Assembly: GCA_964230645.1 (NCBI GenBank)
Contig: CAXRHT010000002.1
Location: 128,001 to 192,000 of the forward strand
DNA: 64,000 nucleotides
Direction: 5' to 3'
Source: Bdellovibrionales bacterium
GTDB lineage: Bacteria > Bdellovibrionota > Bdellovibrionia > Bdellovibrionales > JAGQZY01
Shown in pieces: positions 10,127 to 20,474 of this stretch; position 1 is the stretch's first letter, and each line of letters starts with the position of its first letter. Under the pieces are notes generated by a model. That model had not been told where the DNA came from and made no database searches. It worked only from the letters and a program-made list of their open reading frames with translations. A program made the position numbers and the translations under genes.

Positions 10127-10603
10127 ATGAAAAAACTATTATTAACACTACTTGTGTCTAGCCTTACAGGTTCATTTGCCTACGCTGGCAGTAAGTTTGT
10201 AGGTCACTATCAACTTAAAAATGCGGCCGGCAAAGTGATCTTTCAAAGTGCTCTTAAACTTGAACGCGTCAATGTGGCTGGGAATAAAGCTCTTCATGTC
10301 TACACCGAGCCTACTAACAAAGGACCTCAGTCCACAATCTGTGATTTTGAGATCACACTCAATAGTGATGGCAATCGAGAATACAGTGAGAAGTGTGATG
10401 ACTATGGTGATTCTTCACTAAAGTGTAAAAATGGAGTTTGCATTGGTACTATGAAGTATGACGATATCAAGGACCCTGCTTGGATTGTTGAGGTAAACAC
10501 TTCTAAGGTTCGCAAGCAAACGGCCACACTCAAAAAACCGATCAATATTCAAGGTCTCAAAGGTGTAAAGAGTTACGAGCACACCTTAAGAAAAGTGGAT
10601 TAA
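10127..10603 (+). CDS. Hypothetical secreted protein
   Basis: GGAGG SD, signal peptide ending in AYA, four Cys. Confidence 0.75.
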   Translation: MKKLLLTLLVSSLTGSFAYAGSKFVGHYQLKNAAGKVIFQSALKLERVNVAGNKALHVYTEPTNKGPQSTICDFEITLNSDGNREYSEKCDDYGDSSLKCKNGVCIGTMKYDDIKDPAWIVEVNTSKVRKQTATLKKPINIQGLKGVKSYEHTLRKVD

Positions 10604-10626
10604 TTAAAAAATTACAGTTTTAAATT

Positions 10627-10659
10627 AAGCGAGTCTTCAAAAAGAAGACTCGCTTTTTT
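10627..10659. terminator. Intrinsic terminator between convergent genes
   Basis: AAGCGAGTCTTC-loop-GAAGACTCGCTT followed by a T-run. Confidence 0.8.
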
Positions 10660-10670
10660 ATTTCAATAAC

Positions 10671-11063
10671 TTAACTACAGTACTTGAAGTTACCTTTACA
10701 GTATTGCGCTGGCCAAATGAAAACACGTCCTCTGACAGAGCACTTACGAGAAGTTTTGATAAAATCTTTATTTTGCTCTACACGTCTCTTTTGAGCTCCT
10801 TCACAGCCACTGCCTTTAATGTCGGTATTGAAGTGACGGAACTTGTATCCAGCCGGAGGATAGCAAACAGAGCTTTTGCCACAACGAACACTGATCCAAC
10901 GGCTTCCCGGAGGATTGGAAAAAAACGAAGCCATATATTCGCCTTGTTCTCCAGAGAGAACTTCGATTTCCTGTTGAACTAGGTTTTGGCTATCAGCCAT
11001 TGCTGTTTGGCCAAAACCTAATAAAGTTAAAATACTTACCGTTAAAACTAAAAGATTTTTCAT
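10671..11063 (-). CDS. Small Cys-rich secreted protein
   Basis: GGAGGGAG SD, signal peptide ending in AMA, six Cys. Confidence 0.75.
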   Translation of the reverse strand: MKNLLVLTVSILTLLGFGQTAMADSQNLVQQEIEVLSGEQGEYMASFFSNPPGSRWISVRCGKSSVCYPPAGYKFRHFNTDIKGSGCEGAQKRRVEQNKDFIKTSRKCSVRGRVFIWPAQYCKGNFKYCS

Positions 11064-11508
11064 AAATCTCCCTCCCTTTAGGTTTTTAGTTTGAGAGCAG
11101 AAAATAGTAAGGGGCAGGCGTGGAGGTCAATTGAACATAAAAAGACAGTTATTAGTTTTGCGAGTGACGAAGCTCAATACTTGAGCTTACTTCAGCTAGT
11201 TAAAAGTTAAAGCCGCTTTTGGGGTCAGAAACCAGTCGTAGGAGGAGAAAAAGTTCTTCGTCACTTAAGGTAAAGAGCTCCGTATTGCTGCGACTCATCA
11301 CTGAAAATCAGTTGTGATATTTTGTCCGCTTAAAGGAGCTCGATTTCTTTTTTAGTCGGGTGCTCGGGAGCCTTGGCAACGGCAATTAAAAGAGCGCACA
11401 TACTTTGGTCTCGAAGTTTTACAAGCGCTTCGTTGGATTCATCGACTCATTGCACGGGGGCACGCTCTATCAAGGCCTTTGTGTTACACTCAAGAAAAGA
11501 GAGTCACT

Positions 11509-12558
11509 GTGAAAAGTAGCCCAACTGAACTAGAAATCATTACCCCTGATGACTGGCATTTGCATTTGCGCGATGGAGAAGCCCTTGCTTATACTGTTCC
11601 AGCGACGGCTAGAAGCTTTCACCGGGCGATTGTCATGCCTAACCTCGTGCCGCCAGTAGACACAGTGACCCTGGCAGAGCAATATCGTGAGCGGATTCTA
11701 AAATATGTTCCTAAAGGGAAAACTTTTGACCCATTGATGACCCTTTATCTCACGGACTCTATCACTCCTGACGAAATTACACGGGCCAGCCAATCACCTT
11801 ACGTTTATGCTTGTAAGCTCTATCCGGCGGGAGCAACCACAAACTCAGAAGCCGGAGTTTCAAAGCTTGATCACCTCGATCCCGTTTTCGCAGAAATGCA
11901 GGCCGTTGATCTTCCTTTACTCATTCACGGGGAAGTCACAGGCGCACATGTGGATGTTTTTGACCGTGAAAAAGATTTTATTAAGCAGCATTTAATCCCC
12001 ATACAAAAAAAATTTCCAAAACTGCGAATTGTTTTTGAGCATATCACCACCGCAGAGGCCGTTGAATTTGTTGAAAATGCCCCTAGTAATGTGGCGGCCA
12101 CGATCACTCCCCAGCATTTGATGTACAATCGTAATGATATGCTCGTTGGAGGCATTCGCCCGCATTTATACTGCCTCCCGATTTTGAAATCCAATCGTCA
12201 TCAAAAGGCTTTGCAGCAGGCTGTGATCAGTGGAAACCCTAAGTTTTTTCTGGGCACTGATTCGGCTCCTCATGCTACGGATACAAAAGAATCCCCTTGT
12301 GGCTGTGCCGGGTGTTTCAGTGCTCCTGTGGCACTAGAGCTTTATGTTTCGATTTTTGAACAGTTGGGAGTTTTGGGGAAGTTCGAAAACTTTGCCTCTA
12401 TCTTTGGGGCAGATTTTTATGGATTGCCTCAAAATACCAGCAAAGTTCTTTTACGCAAAACCGAGCAGGAAGTCCCTCAACGACTTCCTTATATCGATGG
12501 TCGCTCTATCACTCCTTTGGCCGCGGGAATGGCCTTGAAGTGGCAACTCGCTGACTAA
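11509..12558 (+). CDS. pyrC: Dihydroorotase, E. coli-type homodimeric class
   Basis: PDDWHLHLRDG, KLYPAGATTNS, FEHITT, FFLGTDSAPH. Start uncertain (11479 or 11509). Confidence 0.95.
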   Translation: MKSSPTELEIITPDDWHLHLRDGEALAYTVPATARSFHRAIVMPNLVPPVDTVTLAEQYRERILKYVPKGKTFDPLMTLYLTDSITPDEITRASQSPYVYACKLYPAGATTNSEAGVSKLDHLDPVFAEMQAVDLPLLIHGEVTGAHVDVFDREKDFIKQHLIPIQKKFPKLRIVFEHITTAEAVEFVENAPSNVAATITPQHLMYNRNDMLVGGIRPHLYCLPILKSNRHQKALQQAVISGNPKFFLGTDSAPHATDTKESPCGCAGCFSAPVALELYVSIFEQLGVLGKFENFASIFGADFYGLPQNTSKVLLRKTEQEVPQRLPYIDGRSITPLAAGMALKWQLAD

Positions 12559-12648
12559 AATCTAAATTGAGGCGAAGAACAATAGATCCTTCGCGAAAGA
12601 ATGCTGGGAAATCTAAAGCCGCCGCCGACGCCGGCTAGCGATCTTTAA

Positions 12649-13890
12649 TCAGTCCCGGTACAGAGGAAACTGAGTGCACAGTTCTTTCACTTTTCCGCGC
12701 ACATTATTGAGAACACTGTCGTTTTCTGGGTCACTAAGTACTTCATGCATCCACTGGGCGACATGTTTCATTTCGCCCTCTTTCATGCCACGTGTGGTGA
12801 GTGCCGGCGAGCCAATTCGAATACCACTGGTAACAAAAGGGCTTTGTTTTTCATTGGGCACTGTATTTTTATTCACAGTGATAGCGGCTTTATCCAGTTG
12901 ATTCTCCGCTAATTTTCCTGTGATCCCTTTGGCCGATAGGTCCACAAGGACTAGGTGATTGTCTGTTCCGCCTGTGACCAGGTCGTAACCATAACCGAGA
13001 AGACATTCGCTTAAGGCCTTGGCGTTAGCCACCACTTGTTTTGAATAGGTTTTAAATTCCGGTTTTAAAGCTTCACCAAAGGCCACGGCTTTTGCTGCAA
13101 TAGCGTGTTCAAGGGGCCCACCTTGAATTCCAGGAAAGATTCGAGAATTGACCTTTTTCATCCATTTTTCATTGGTAAGGATCATGCCTCCCCTTGGCCC
13201 TCGAAGAGTTTTGTGAGTCGTTGTGGTCACAAAATCAGCGTAGGGGACAGGAGAGGGGTGAACACCTCCGGCCACAAGGCCCGCGAAGTGAGCCATATCA
13301 ACCATCAAATAAGCGCCCACCTCATCAGCGATTTCTTTAAACTTTGAAAAATCAAGTTCGCGGGGGTAGGCACTGTAGCCTGCGATGATCATTTTTGGTT
13401 TGTTTTCTTTGGCGATTTTTTTGAGCTCATCGTAGTTGATTCGATGAGTTTCTGGATCAATGCCATAGGGGACAATGTTGTAAAGTAGACCACTGAAATT
13501 GACAGGGGAGCCGTGTGTGAGATGTCCCCCATTAGAGAGGTCCATGCCCATCACCGTATCACCGACTTCAAGGGCGGCTAAATAAACGGCCATATTGGCT
13601 TGCGAACCAGAGTGAGGTTGGACGTTGGCGTGCTCAGCTTTAAAAAGCTCTTTAGCGCGATCAATGGCGAGCTGCTCTGTTTCATCAACGAATTCGCAGC
13701 CACCGTAATAGCGCTTTCTAGGATAGCCTTCGGCGTATTTGTTGGTCATTACCGAGCCTTGCGCTTCCATCACAGCCTTACTGGTATAGTTTTCTGAGGC
13801 GATCATCTCAAGACCATACTCCTGGCGATCGGTTTCTTTTTTAATGCTCTCAAAAACTTTTGGATCTAAACTCTCTAACGACACTTTCAA
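12649..13890 (-). CDS. glyA: Serine hydroxymethyltransferase
   Basis: [27 protein letters not shown] (PLP lysine), FPGIQGGP. Confidence 0.97.
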   Translation of the reverse strand: MKVSLESLDPKVFESIKKETDRQEYGLEMIASENYTSKAVMEAQGSVMTNKYAEGYPRKRYYGGCEFVDETEQLAIDRAKELFKAEHANVQPHSGSQANMAVYLAALEVGDTVMGMDLSNGGHLTHGSPVNFSGLLYNIVPYGIDPETHRINYDELKKIAKENKPKMIIAGYSAYPRELDFSKFKEIADEVGAYLMVDMAHFAGLVAGGVHPSPVPYADFVTTTTHKTLRGPRGGMILTNEKWMKKVNSRIFPGIQGGPLEHAIAAKAVAFGEALKPEFKTYSKQVVANAKALSECLLGYGYDLVTGGTDNHLVLVDLSAKGITGKLAENQLDKAAITVNKNTVPNEKQSPFVTSGIRIGSPALTTRGMKEGEMKHVAQWMHEVLSDPENDSVLNNVRGKVKELCTQFPLYRD

Positions 13891-13893
13891 CTC

Positions 13894-14343
13894 CTAACAA
13901 TGGGCGGGCTGGTTCAATTTATCCACTCGAGCCTCATGCCGGCCCCCTTCAAACTCTGTCTTAACAAAGACATCCAAGATACTAAAAATAAGTTCTTTTT
14001 CCAATAGACGACTCCCAACACAAAGAACATTGGCGTTGTTGTGTTCACGGGAAAGTTTACAACTCTCCTCATCCCAACAAAGGGCAGCTCGAATAAAGGG
14101 ATAACGATTGGCTCGAATGGCCATCCCTTGCCCGGAACCACAGATGAGGATTCCCCGAGCCGTGGGATTGTCTTTTATTTTAAGGCAAAGTCTATCGGCG
14201 AAATCAGGATAATCCACACGCTCGTCGGTTTGTGGTCCAAGGTCTTCGAATTTTAAACCTTTTTCTTTAAGGCGATGTAACATAATAGTTTTAAGTTCAA
14301 AACCGGCGTGATCAGAAGCGATGTAAAAAATATTATTTTCCAT
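13894..14343 (-). CDS. rpiB: Ribose-5-phosphate isomerase B
   Basis: ASDHAG, DYPD, CGSGQG, REHNNAN, FEGGRH; adjacent to glyA. Confidence 0.95.
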   Translation of the reverse strand: MENNIFYIASDHAGFELKTIMLHRLKEKGLKFEDLGPQTDERVDYPDFADRLCLKIKDNPTARGILICGSGQGMAIRANRYPFIRAALCWDEESCKLSREHNNANVLCVGSRLLEKELIFSILDVFVKTEFEGGRHEARVDKLNQPAHC

Positions 14344-14431
14344 GGTCAAAAACCATATTAAACATTCACACTAAAAGCTAGAAAAGACTCTATTTTTGGT
14401 AACGACAAAAAGAAAGATTCTGACTTTCAAT

Positions 14432-14776
14432 TCACTCGATGTAATCAACGCAATCGGTGCTACTGATTCTTAGGCTTCCTTTTTGTGAATCAAAAGAAAT
14501 CGTACAAATCTTAATACCCTCTCTCGTTGACCCAGGTATCTTGTGAAGCTCAACGATTCCTGTAACTATCGCTCGAGTGATCGAGCCGTAATGGGATTCA
14601 TCCCAGGCTTCAAGTTCCATATCTTGCAGCAGGTTTTCTTGAAAATCATTGACCATAAAATAATCATTGGCCGCTTGGTTGGCCTTTTGTTTGATTCTTG
14701 AGATTTGGTTCAAATCCAAGGCATGAATTGTTCCCACAAAGAGCAGGGGTAGTACCAAAAATATTAAAATCCTCAT
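14432..14776 (-). CDS. Hypothetical secreted protein inserted between fabF and rpiB
   Basis: GGAGG/AAGG upstream, signal peptide, C-terminal Cys pair. Confidence 0.65.
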   Translation of the reverse strand: MRILIFLVLPLLFVGTIHALDLNQISRIKQKANQAANDYFMVNDFQENLLQDMELEAWDESHYGSITRAIVTGIVELHKIPGSTREGIKICTISFDSQKGSLRISSTDCVDYIE

Positions 14777-14921
14777 CCTTATCCTCCAAAATGAAAAAAC
14801 GATCCCTCAATGATGAGAATTATTATTGTTTTCAAAAGCTGAAGGAAAACAGCTCTCACGGAGAGAGGCTGAAATCAAAGGCTTAAATGAGAATTGTAAT
14901 CAATTCAAGAAGTCTCTACTT

Positions 14922-16202
14922 TTAGGAATCCACTGAAGTGAACACCAAAGACGCATTGGTCCCACCAAACCCAAAAGAATTATTAAGGACATTTTTGAAG
15001 TCCCCATCACGAGCGGATAATGGCACGTAATCGAGATCACAGTCCTCTGAAGGGTTCTCGAGATTGATTGTAGGGGGTGCTACCTGATTTTTAAGCGCGA
15101 GCAAAGAGTAAATACTCTCAATCGCTCCGGCGGCTCCCAGGGTATGTCCGGTCATACTTTTAGTACTGGAGATCCAAAGTTTTTTGGCATGTTCGCCAAA
15201 AACTGTTTTCATAGCAGCCGTTTCGACACCATCACCAGCTGGCGTACTGGTCCCATGGGCATTGGCATAACCAACCTCATCTGGGTTGATACCGGCATCT
15301 TTAAGGGCCAGTTTCATAGCCAGCGCTGCGCCATCACCACCTGGAGCAGGATTGGTCATATGGTGAGCGTCTGAGGAGAATCCATACCCGGTCACTTCCC
15401 CATAAATTGTGGCTCCACGCCGAGAGGCGTGTTCGTAATCTTCTAAAATAAGTGTCCCAGCACCTTCACTGAGAACAAACCCATCGCGATCTTTATCAAA
15501 AGGACGACTGGCTAGTTCCGGTTGGCTATTGCGTGTGGACAGAGCTTTCATTGAAGCAAACCCAGCAATAGCAAGAGGAGTGATCGCTGCTTCGGTACCT
15601 CCAGCAACCATAACATCACAGTGACCATCTCGGATGTACTTGGCTGCCTCACCGATAGAGTGAGCCCCTGAGGCACAAGCGGAAGTGACTGAATAGTTAG
15701 GGCCTCTGAGACCGTAACGAATCGTAATGTGGCCAGAGGCCATATTCGTGATCACAGCTGGAATGAAGAAGGGCGAAATTCTGGACGGCCCTCGGTCTGT
15801 GAGGGTTTTCGCCTGCTTTTCGATATCTGGTAATCCACCAATTCCCACTCCAATGAGTGAGCCCGTGCGAGCTTGGAGAAGTTCATTGCCTTCAAATTCA
15901 AGACCAGAATCTTCTACAGCTTGCCTTGTGGCTTCTAGGGAATACTGGATGAACAAATCCATTTTTTTCTGATCTTTCTTTTCAATCACTGTTGTGGGAT
16001 CAAAATCCTTGATGTCGCCCGCTATTTTCGAGGCGTACTGTTCGGGGTCAAAGGCGGTAATCTCACGGATTCCCGATCGCCCGTTGCTCAAGTTATCCCA
16101 GTTTTCAGCGACTGTTTTCCCTAAGGGAGTGATCAGTCCTAATCCTGTGACCACAACACGACGCTGTGGCTTTGAATCTCTTAAAAAAATGCTTTGTCCC
16201 AT
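14922..16202 (-). CDS. fabF: 3-oxoacyl-ACP synthase II
   Basis: RRVVVTGLG, SACASG, NAHGTST, TKSMTGH, NSFGFGGTN. Confidence 0.97.
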   Translation of the reverse strand: MGQSIFLRDSKPQRRVVVTGLGLITPLGKTVAENWDNLSNGRSGIREITAFDPEQYASKIAGDIKDFDPTTVIEKKDQKKMDLFIQYSLEATRQAVEDSGLEFEGNELLQARTGSLIGVGIGGLPDIEKQAKTLTDRGPSRISPFFIPAVITNMASGHITIRYGLRGPNYSVTSACASGAHSIGEAAKYIRDGHCDVMVAGGTEAAITPLAIAGFASMKALSTRNSQPELASRPFDKDRDGFVLSEGAGTLILEDYEHASRRGATIYGEVTGYGFSSDAHHMTNPAPGGDGAALAMKLALKDAGINPDEVGYANAHGTSTPAGDGVETAAMKTVFGEHAKKLWISSTKSMTGHTLGAAGAIESIYSLLALKNQVAPPTINLENPSEDCDLDYVPLSARDGDFKNVLNNSFGFGGTNASLVFTSVDS

Positions 16203-16224
16203 AGATATCTCTTAGGTCCTTTTA

Positions 16225-16467
16225 TTAGGCTTTCCCTTTAGCGGCCAAGTAGTCTGTCACATCTTGGACAGTTTTGAGTTTCTCAGCTTCCTCATCGGGA
16301 ATTTCGATCTCAAAAGTTTCTTCCATAGCCATTACAAGCTCAACAATATCAAGACTATCGGCACCAAGATCATCAATAAAAGAAGCCTCACCTTTAACGC
16401 GCTCAGGATCCACTCCCAATTGCTCAGTAATCACTTCCTTTACTTTGGCTGGAATTTCGTTGGACAT
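16225..16467 (-). CDS. acpP: Acyl carrier protein
   Basis: [15 protein letters not shown] motif. Confidence 0.97.
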   Translation of the reverse strand: MSNEIPAKVKEVITEQLGVDPERVKGEASFIDDLGADSLDIVELVMAMEETFEIEIPDEEAEKLKTVQDVTDYLAAKGKA

Positions 16468-16484
16468 TATATACCTCCGTTTAA

Positions 16485-17225
16485 TTACATATATAGGCCA
16501 CCATTTACACCAATGGTCTGACCAGTAATATATTTAGATTCATCACTCAACAAAAAAGCCACCGATTGTGCCACGTCAATAGGCTCTCCGATGGAATTTA
16601 ATGGAACTGACGATAGAATTGCATTTTTTCTATCCTCGGGCAGTTCCTCAGTCATATCTGTGGCAATAAAGCCAGGAGCTACACAGTTGACTCGAATGTT
16701 TCTTGAGCCGACCTCCTGGGCAATAGATTTTGTGAAGGCTTCAACACCCCCTTTGCTGGCGGCGTAGTTCGCTTGCCCAGCCCCACCCATTTGGCCAATC
16801 ACGGAAGTGATATTGACGATACTTCCTTTTTTGGCCTTCATCATAGTTTTAACGGCTAGTTTGGTGCAAAGAAATACTCCGCGAAGATTGGTACTTATGA
16901 CTTGATCGAAATCCTCTTCTTTCATGCGAAGAATGAGTTGATCCCGAGTGATCCCAGCATTATTTACGAGACCATCAAGCCCTGAAAACTCTTTACTAAT
17001 GAGGTCGAAACCCTCTTTGATAGACGCTTCATCGGAAACATTAAAAGGAAGGAGTAAGTGACCATCACCATTGAGGCTTTTATAAATTTCTTCAGCCTTA
17101 TCTTTTGAGCGACCATAGGTGACAGCCACTCGCATCCCCAGGTCAGCGAGATGTTGAGCGGTCTTGGCTCCAATACCTCTTGAACTTCCGGTGACAAGTA
17201 CAGTTTTTCCTTTAAGTTGACTCAT
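16485..17225 (-). CDS. fabG: 3-oxoacyl-ACP reductase
   Basis: [33 protein letters not shown]; operon context. Confidence 0.96.
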   Translation of the reverse strand: MSQLKGKTVLVTGSSRGIGAKTAQHLADLGMRVAVTYGRSKDKAEEIYKSLNGDGHLLLPFNVSDEASIKEGFDLISKEFSGLDGLVNNAGITRDQLILRMKEEDFDQVISTNLRGVFLCTKLAVKTMMKAKKGSIVNITSVIGQMGGAGQANYAASKGGVEAFTKSIAQEVGSRNIRVNCVAPGFIATDMTEELPEDRKNAILSSVPLNSIGEPIDVAQSVAFLLSDESKYITGQTIGVNGGLYM

Positions 17226-17248
17226 AATTTTCCTTTGATTCGGAGGCT

Positions 17249-18208
17249 TTAATTCTGACTCTCGGTGAATTGGTTAATGTCATCCGTTGAACCAATGGAT
17301 TGGCCTTGCAGGTCCAAGTTAATTTTCTTCAATAGACCAGTAAGCACTTTTCCAGAGCCCAGCTCTAAGAATTGCTCCACATCACCGGTTTCACTGATAG
17401 CCTCGATGCAGTCGACCCATCGGACGGGCCCTGAAATCTGTTTAATGATGTTGGTCTTAATGATTTTAGGCTCGGCCTCTAACTTGCCTGTGAAATTTTG
17501 AGAGATTGAAAACTCAGGCACATTAAACTCCACATCATTAATAGCACCGGCCATTTCTTTTTCCGCATCAAGCATCATACTGCAGTGAAAGGGCGCTGAT
17601 ACTTTAAGAGGAATTAGACGCACCTTTTTCTTGTCTGAGCCGATCGCTTCTGGTTTAAAGTTTTTAGCGGCATACTCTACGGCCTTAGCGTTTCCACTGA
17701 CAACGATCTGATTGGGGGAGTTGTAATTAGCAGGCTCCAAAGGACCTTCCCCACATTCTTTTGCGGCCCAATCGCAAAGTTGGATCACCTCATCAGGCTC
17801 AAGCCCCATAACAGCGAGCATTCCACCTTTCCCCACAGGAACGGCTTTTTGCATCAGTTGACCACGAAGACGGACTAGCTCCACGGCCTTTGAAAAAGAA
17901 ATCACCCCACTGGCAACAAGAGCAGCATATTCACCCACTGAATGACCGGCGCAGGCTTTGATATTGAGATCCACGCGCGATTTGAGAGCATTGAGTGTAG
18001 CAATGGAGTGGGTGAGAAGGGCGGGTTGTGTGTTTTCAGTTAATTGTAGTTTATCCGAAGGCCCTTCAAGACAGAGCTTTGTCATATCAAAGCCAAGGGT
18101 GTCGCTGGCTTCTTCAAAAACCACACGGGCGGGTTGGAAATCCTTAATTAGGCTCTCACCCATACCCACAGCCTGACTGCCTTGTCCTGGAAATAAAATG
18201 GCTTGCAT
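17249..18208 (-). CDS. fabD: Malonyl-CoA:ACP transacylase
   Basis: FPGQGSQ, GHSVGEY, VSAPFH. Confidence 0.96.
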   Translation of the reverse strand: MQAILFPGQGSQAVGMGESLIKDFQPARVVFEEASDTLGFDMTKLCLEGPSDKLQLTENTQPALLTHSIATLNALKSRVDLNIKACAGHSVGEYAALVASGVISFSKAVELVRLRGQLMQKAVPVGKGGMLAVMGLEPDEVIQLCDWAAKECGEGPLEPANYNSPNQIVVSGNAKAVEYAAKNFKPEAIGSDKKKVRLIPLKVSAPFHCSMMLDAEKEMAGAINDVEFNVPEFSISQNFTGKLEAEPKIIKTNIIKQISGPVRWVDCIEAISETGDVEQFLELGSGKVLTGLLKKINLDLQGQSIGSTDDINQFTESQN

Positions 18209-18212
18209 AACG

Positions 18213-19199
18213 TTAGTACCTCAGTAAACAGCTTCCGCTCGTGAGTCCGGCTCCAAAAGCGGTCAGTAAAAGAAGGTCACCTCTTTTGATTTTCCCGGCT
18301 TTCACGGCGTTGTTGATGGCCACAGGAATGGTGGCCGCGGATGTGTTCCCCATCTCCTCAATGTCGACAATGAATTTCTCCATAGGAATTTCACAGTGTT
18401 TGGCCACAGCTTCCATAATACGAACATTGGCCTGGTGAGGGATGACCCAGTCAACCTCTTCGATTGGGGTTTTGTTAGCATCTAGAGCTTCTTGGCAACA
18501 GCGAGACATGGTGCGAACAGCATGTTTAAAGATCTCACGGCCCTTCATTTCCACAAAAATTTCTTTGTTATCTAGAGTCTCTTGGGTGAAAGGTTTTACC
18601 GAACCACCACTTGGAACATAGAGAAGATCAGCCAATGAACCATCGGCGTGTCCGTGGGTGCTGTAAATTTCGCTCTCCTCATCCTCTTCAGAGCGAGTGA
18701 CAATGGCAGCGCCAGCACCATCCCCGAAAAGAATACAAGTGCCGCGGTCTTCATAATTGACTTTGTGATGGAGAATTTCCGCACCAATGACAAGAACGTT
18801 TTTATAGTGTCCTGTTTTTATAAATTGATCGGCCACACTCAGCCCAAAGAGAAATCCACTGCAGGCAGCATTAAGATCAAAAGCCATGATATCTTGAAGA
18901 CCTAATTTGGCTTGTAAATAACAGGCGGAAGAAGGCATGAGATGATCGGGGGTCACTGTGGCGAAGATCAAGAAATCGATGTCTTCTTTTTTTATACCTG
19001 AGTTTTTGATCGCTTCTCTGGCAGCGACAAGAGCCAAATCACTGGTTCCTTGTCCGTCTTCAGCTATAGAGCGTGAACGGATTCCGGTTCTCTCTCGGAT
19101 CCACTGGTCATTGGTATCCACTAGTTTTTCGAGATCGTGATTGGTTAATTTTTTTTCGGGCAGGTGAGAACCAAAGCCAGCAACTTTACTTTTAAACAT
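18213..19199 (-). CDS. fabH: 3-oxoacyl-ACP synthase III
   Basis: AACSGF, PHQAN, GNTSAA, FGAGLT. Confidence 0.96.
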   Translation of the reverse strand: MFKSKVAGFGSHLPEKKLTNHDLEKLVDTNDQWIRERTGIRSRSIAEDGQGTSDLALVAAREAIKNSGIKKEDIDFLIFATVTPDHLMPSSACYLQAKLGLQDIMAFDLNAACSGFLFGLSVADQFIKTGHYKNVLVIGAEILHHKVNYEDRGTCILFGDGAGAAIVTRSEEDEESEIYSTHGHADGSLADLLYVPSGGSVKPFTQETLDNKEIFVEMKGREIFKHAVRTMSRCCQEALDANKTPIEEVDWVIPHQANVRIMEAVAKHCEIPMEKFIVDIEEMGNTSAATIPVAINNAVKAGKIKRGDLLLLTAFGAGLTSGSCLLRY

Positions 19200-19258
19200 T
19201 CACCCATCCCCCTAGAAATAAAAGTAAGCTTTTAAAGTCCGTTGATAAGTTTTTGAAA

Positions 19259-19447
19259 TCACTCAGCGGCTGCTTGTGCAACAACAACTTCCTTACCTTT
19301 GTAGTATCCACAAGAAGGACATACATGGTGAGGTTTAACGATGGATCCGCAGTTACCACAATCGATCACAGTTTTTGGTGTGGCGGAATCGTGACTACGG
19401 CGCATGCCCCGTCTGGAACGTGAAATTCGACTCTTAGGTCCTGGCAT
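19259..19447 (-). CDS. rpmF: 50S ribosomal protein L32
   Basis: PKSRISRSRRGMRRSH and CxxC...CxxC-GYY; AGGAGG SD. Confidence 0.93.
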   Translation of the reverse strand: MPGPKSRISRSRRGMRRSHDSATPKTVIDCGNCGSIVKPHHVCPSCGYYKGKEVVVAQAAAE

Positions 19448-19697
19448 GAAATCCTCCTGCAAATGAAAAGTAAGCCCCTATAAATAGTGGAAATCCAAGA
19501 AAAATCAAACTTTTTATTTCAATTTTTAAAAGCCCTGTAGAAACTCTAATTAGAGCCTTCCCAAGGGCTGAAAGCAGAAGTTTAATAATTTCGATGAGTT
19601 GCGTTAGTGAAGCTTTTACAGCGTGGGTAAAGCCCCGATTTTAGAGATTTTTTAAAACTCCTATTCCTTTGGGGTAAAAGTCACTAGACACCAGCGG

Positions 19698-20474
19698 ATG
19701 GGGTCACACTTAATACTAATCTTAATATTTGCTTTTCATTTACAATGGTCCGTTCAGACCAATGCTGCCACTCAGTGCCAAGAGGTTTTCGCCTCCATTG
19801 AGATTAACGCTTTTGGACCGGTTCATACTCCCATGGAAAAAGAGGTGGCGAAAGATCTCATTTTATTAGGCTCCCTCAACGTGAGTCGCACAAAGGTGCA
19901 GGGGGCGAATCTACTTGTCACGACTTTAAAGGGGCAGCAGGTCACAGATCTCGCTGAGAAAAACTTTTCGCAAGCCATCGATTATATTCTGGAAAATTAC
20001 CAAGACTTACCTATAAACTTAACCACGGCTCAGGAAATTAATAAGATCCTTACCAAGGGTCTGGTGCCAGAAAATGATCTCGGCAACCCGCTTTATCGAC
20101 CCGATGGCATTCAGCCCCAAGAATTGGACTTTTTCATTGGTTCACAACCTAAAGACTTTTATCAGTGGATGGAATCAGAAGCGGCTAGAAAGCTAATAAA
20201 AGACAATCCTGTATTACTTGCTGAAATCATGCACAACACTTTGGCTGCTAACGATGCTTTTCCTGATGGAAATGGTCGAACATCAAGGCTTATGGCAGAC
20301 CTCGTCTTGCTAAAGGCAGGCTACGCTCCAGCTAAATATACAAACATGGATGACTATTTCGCCCATGGAAACTCACGGGCGGCAGTCACTCGTTTTTTTA
20401 GAAAAATCTATTTTGATGAAATCGTTCGCGATGGACAAGAGCATTTAAGACAAACACTTGAGGAATCCTTATGA
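19698..20474 (+). CDS. Fic-domain protein with signal peptide and a non-canonical motif
   Basis: DAFPDGNGRTSR aligns to HxFx(D/E)GNGRxxR with His->Asp; hydrophobic N-terminus. Confidence 0.8.
   Translation: MGSHLILILIFAFHLQWSVQTNAATQCQEVFASIEINAFGPVHTPMEKEVAKDLILLGSLNVSRTKVQGANLLVTTLKGQQVTDLAEKNFSQAIDYILENYQDLPINLTTAQEINKILTKGLVPENDLGNPLYRPDGIQPQELDFFIGSQPKDFYQWMESEAARKLIKDNPVLLAEIMHNTLAANDAFPDGNGRTSRLMADLVLLKAGYAPAKYTNMDDYFAHGNSRAAVTRFFRKIYFDEIVRDGQEHLRQTLEESL

Noticed and set aside
11200..11450. Possible decayed ORF on the minus strand upstream of pyrC
   Set aside because: Interrupted by stops, with no recognisable homology.
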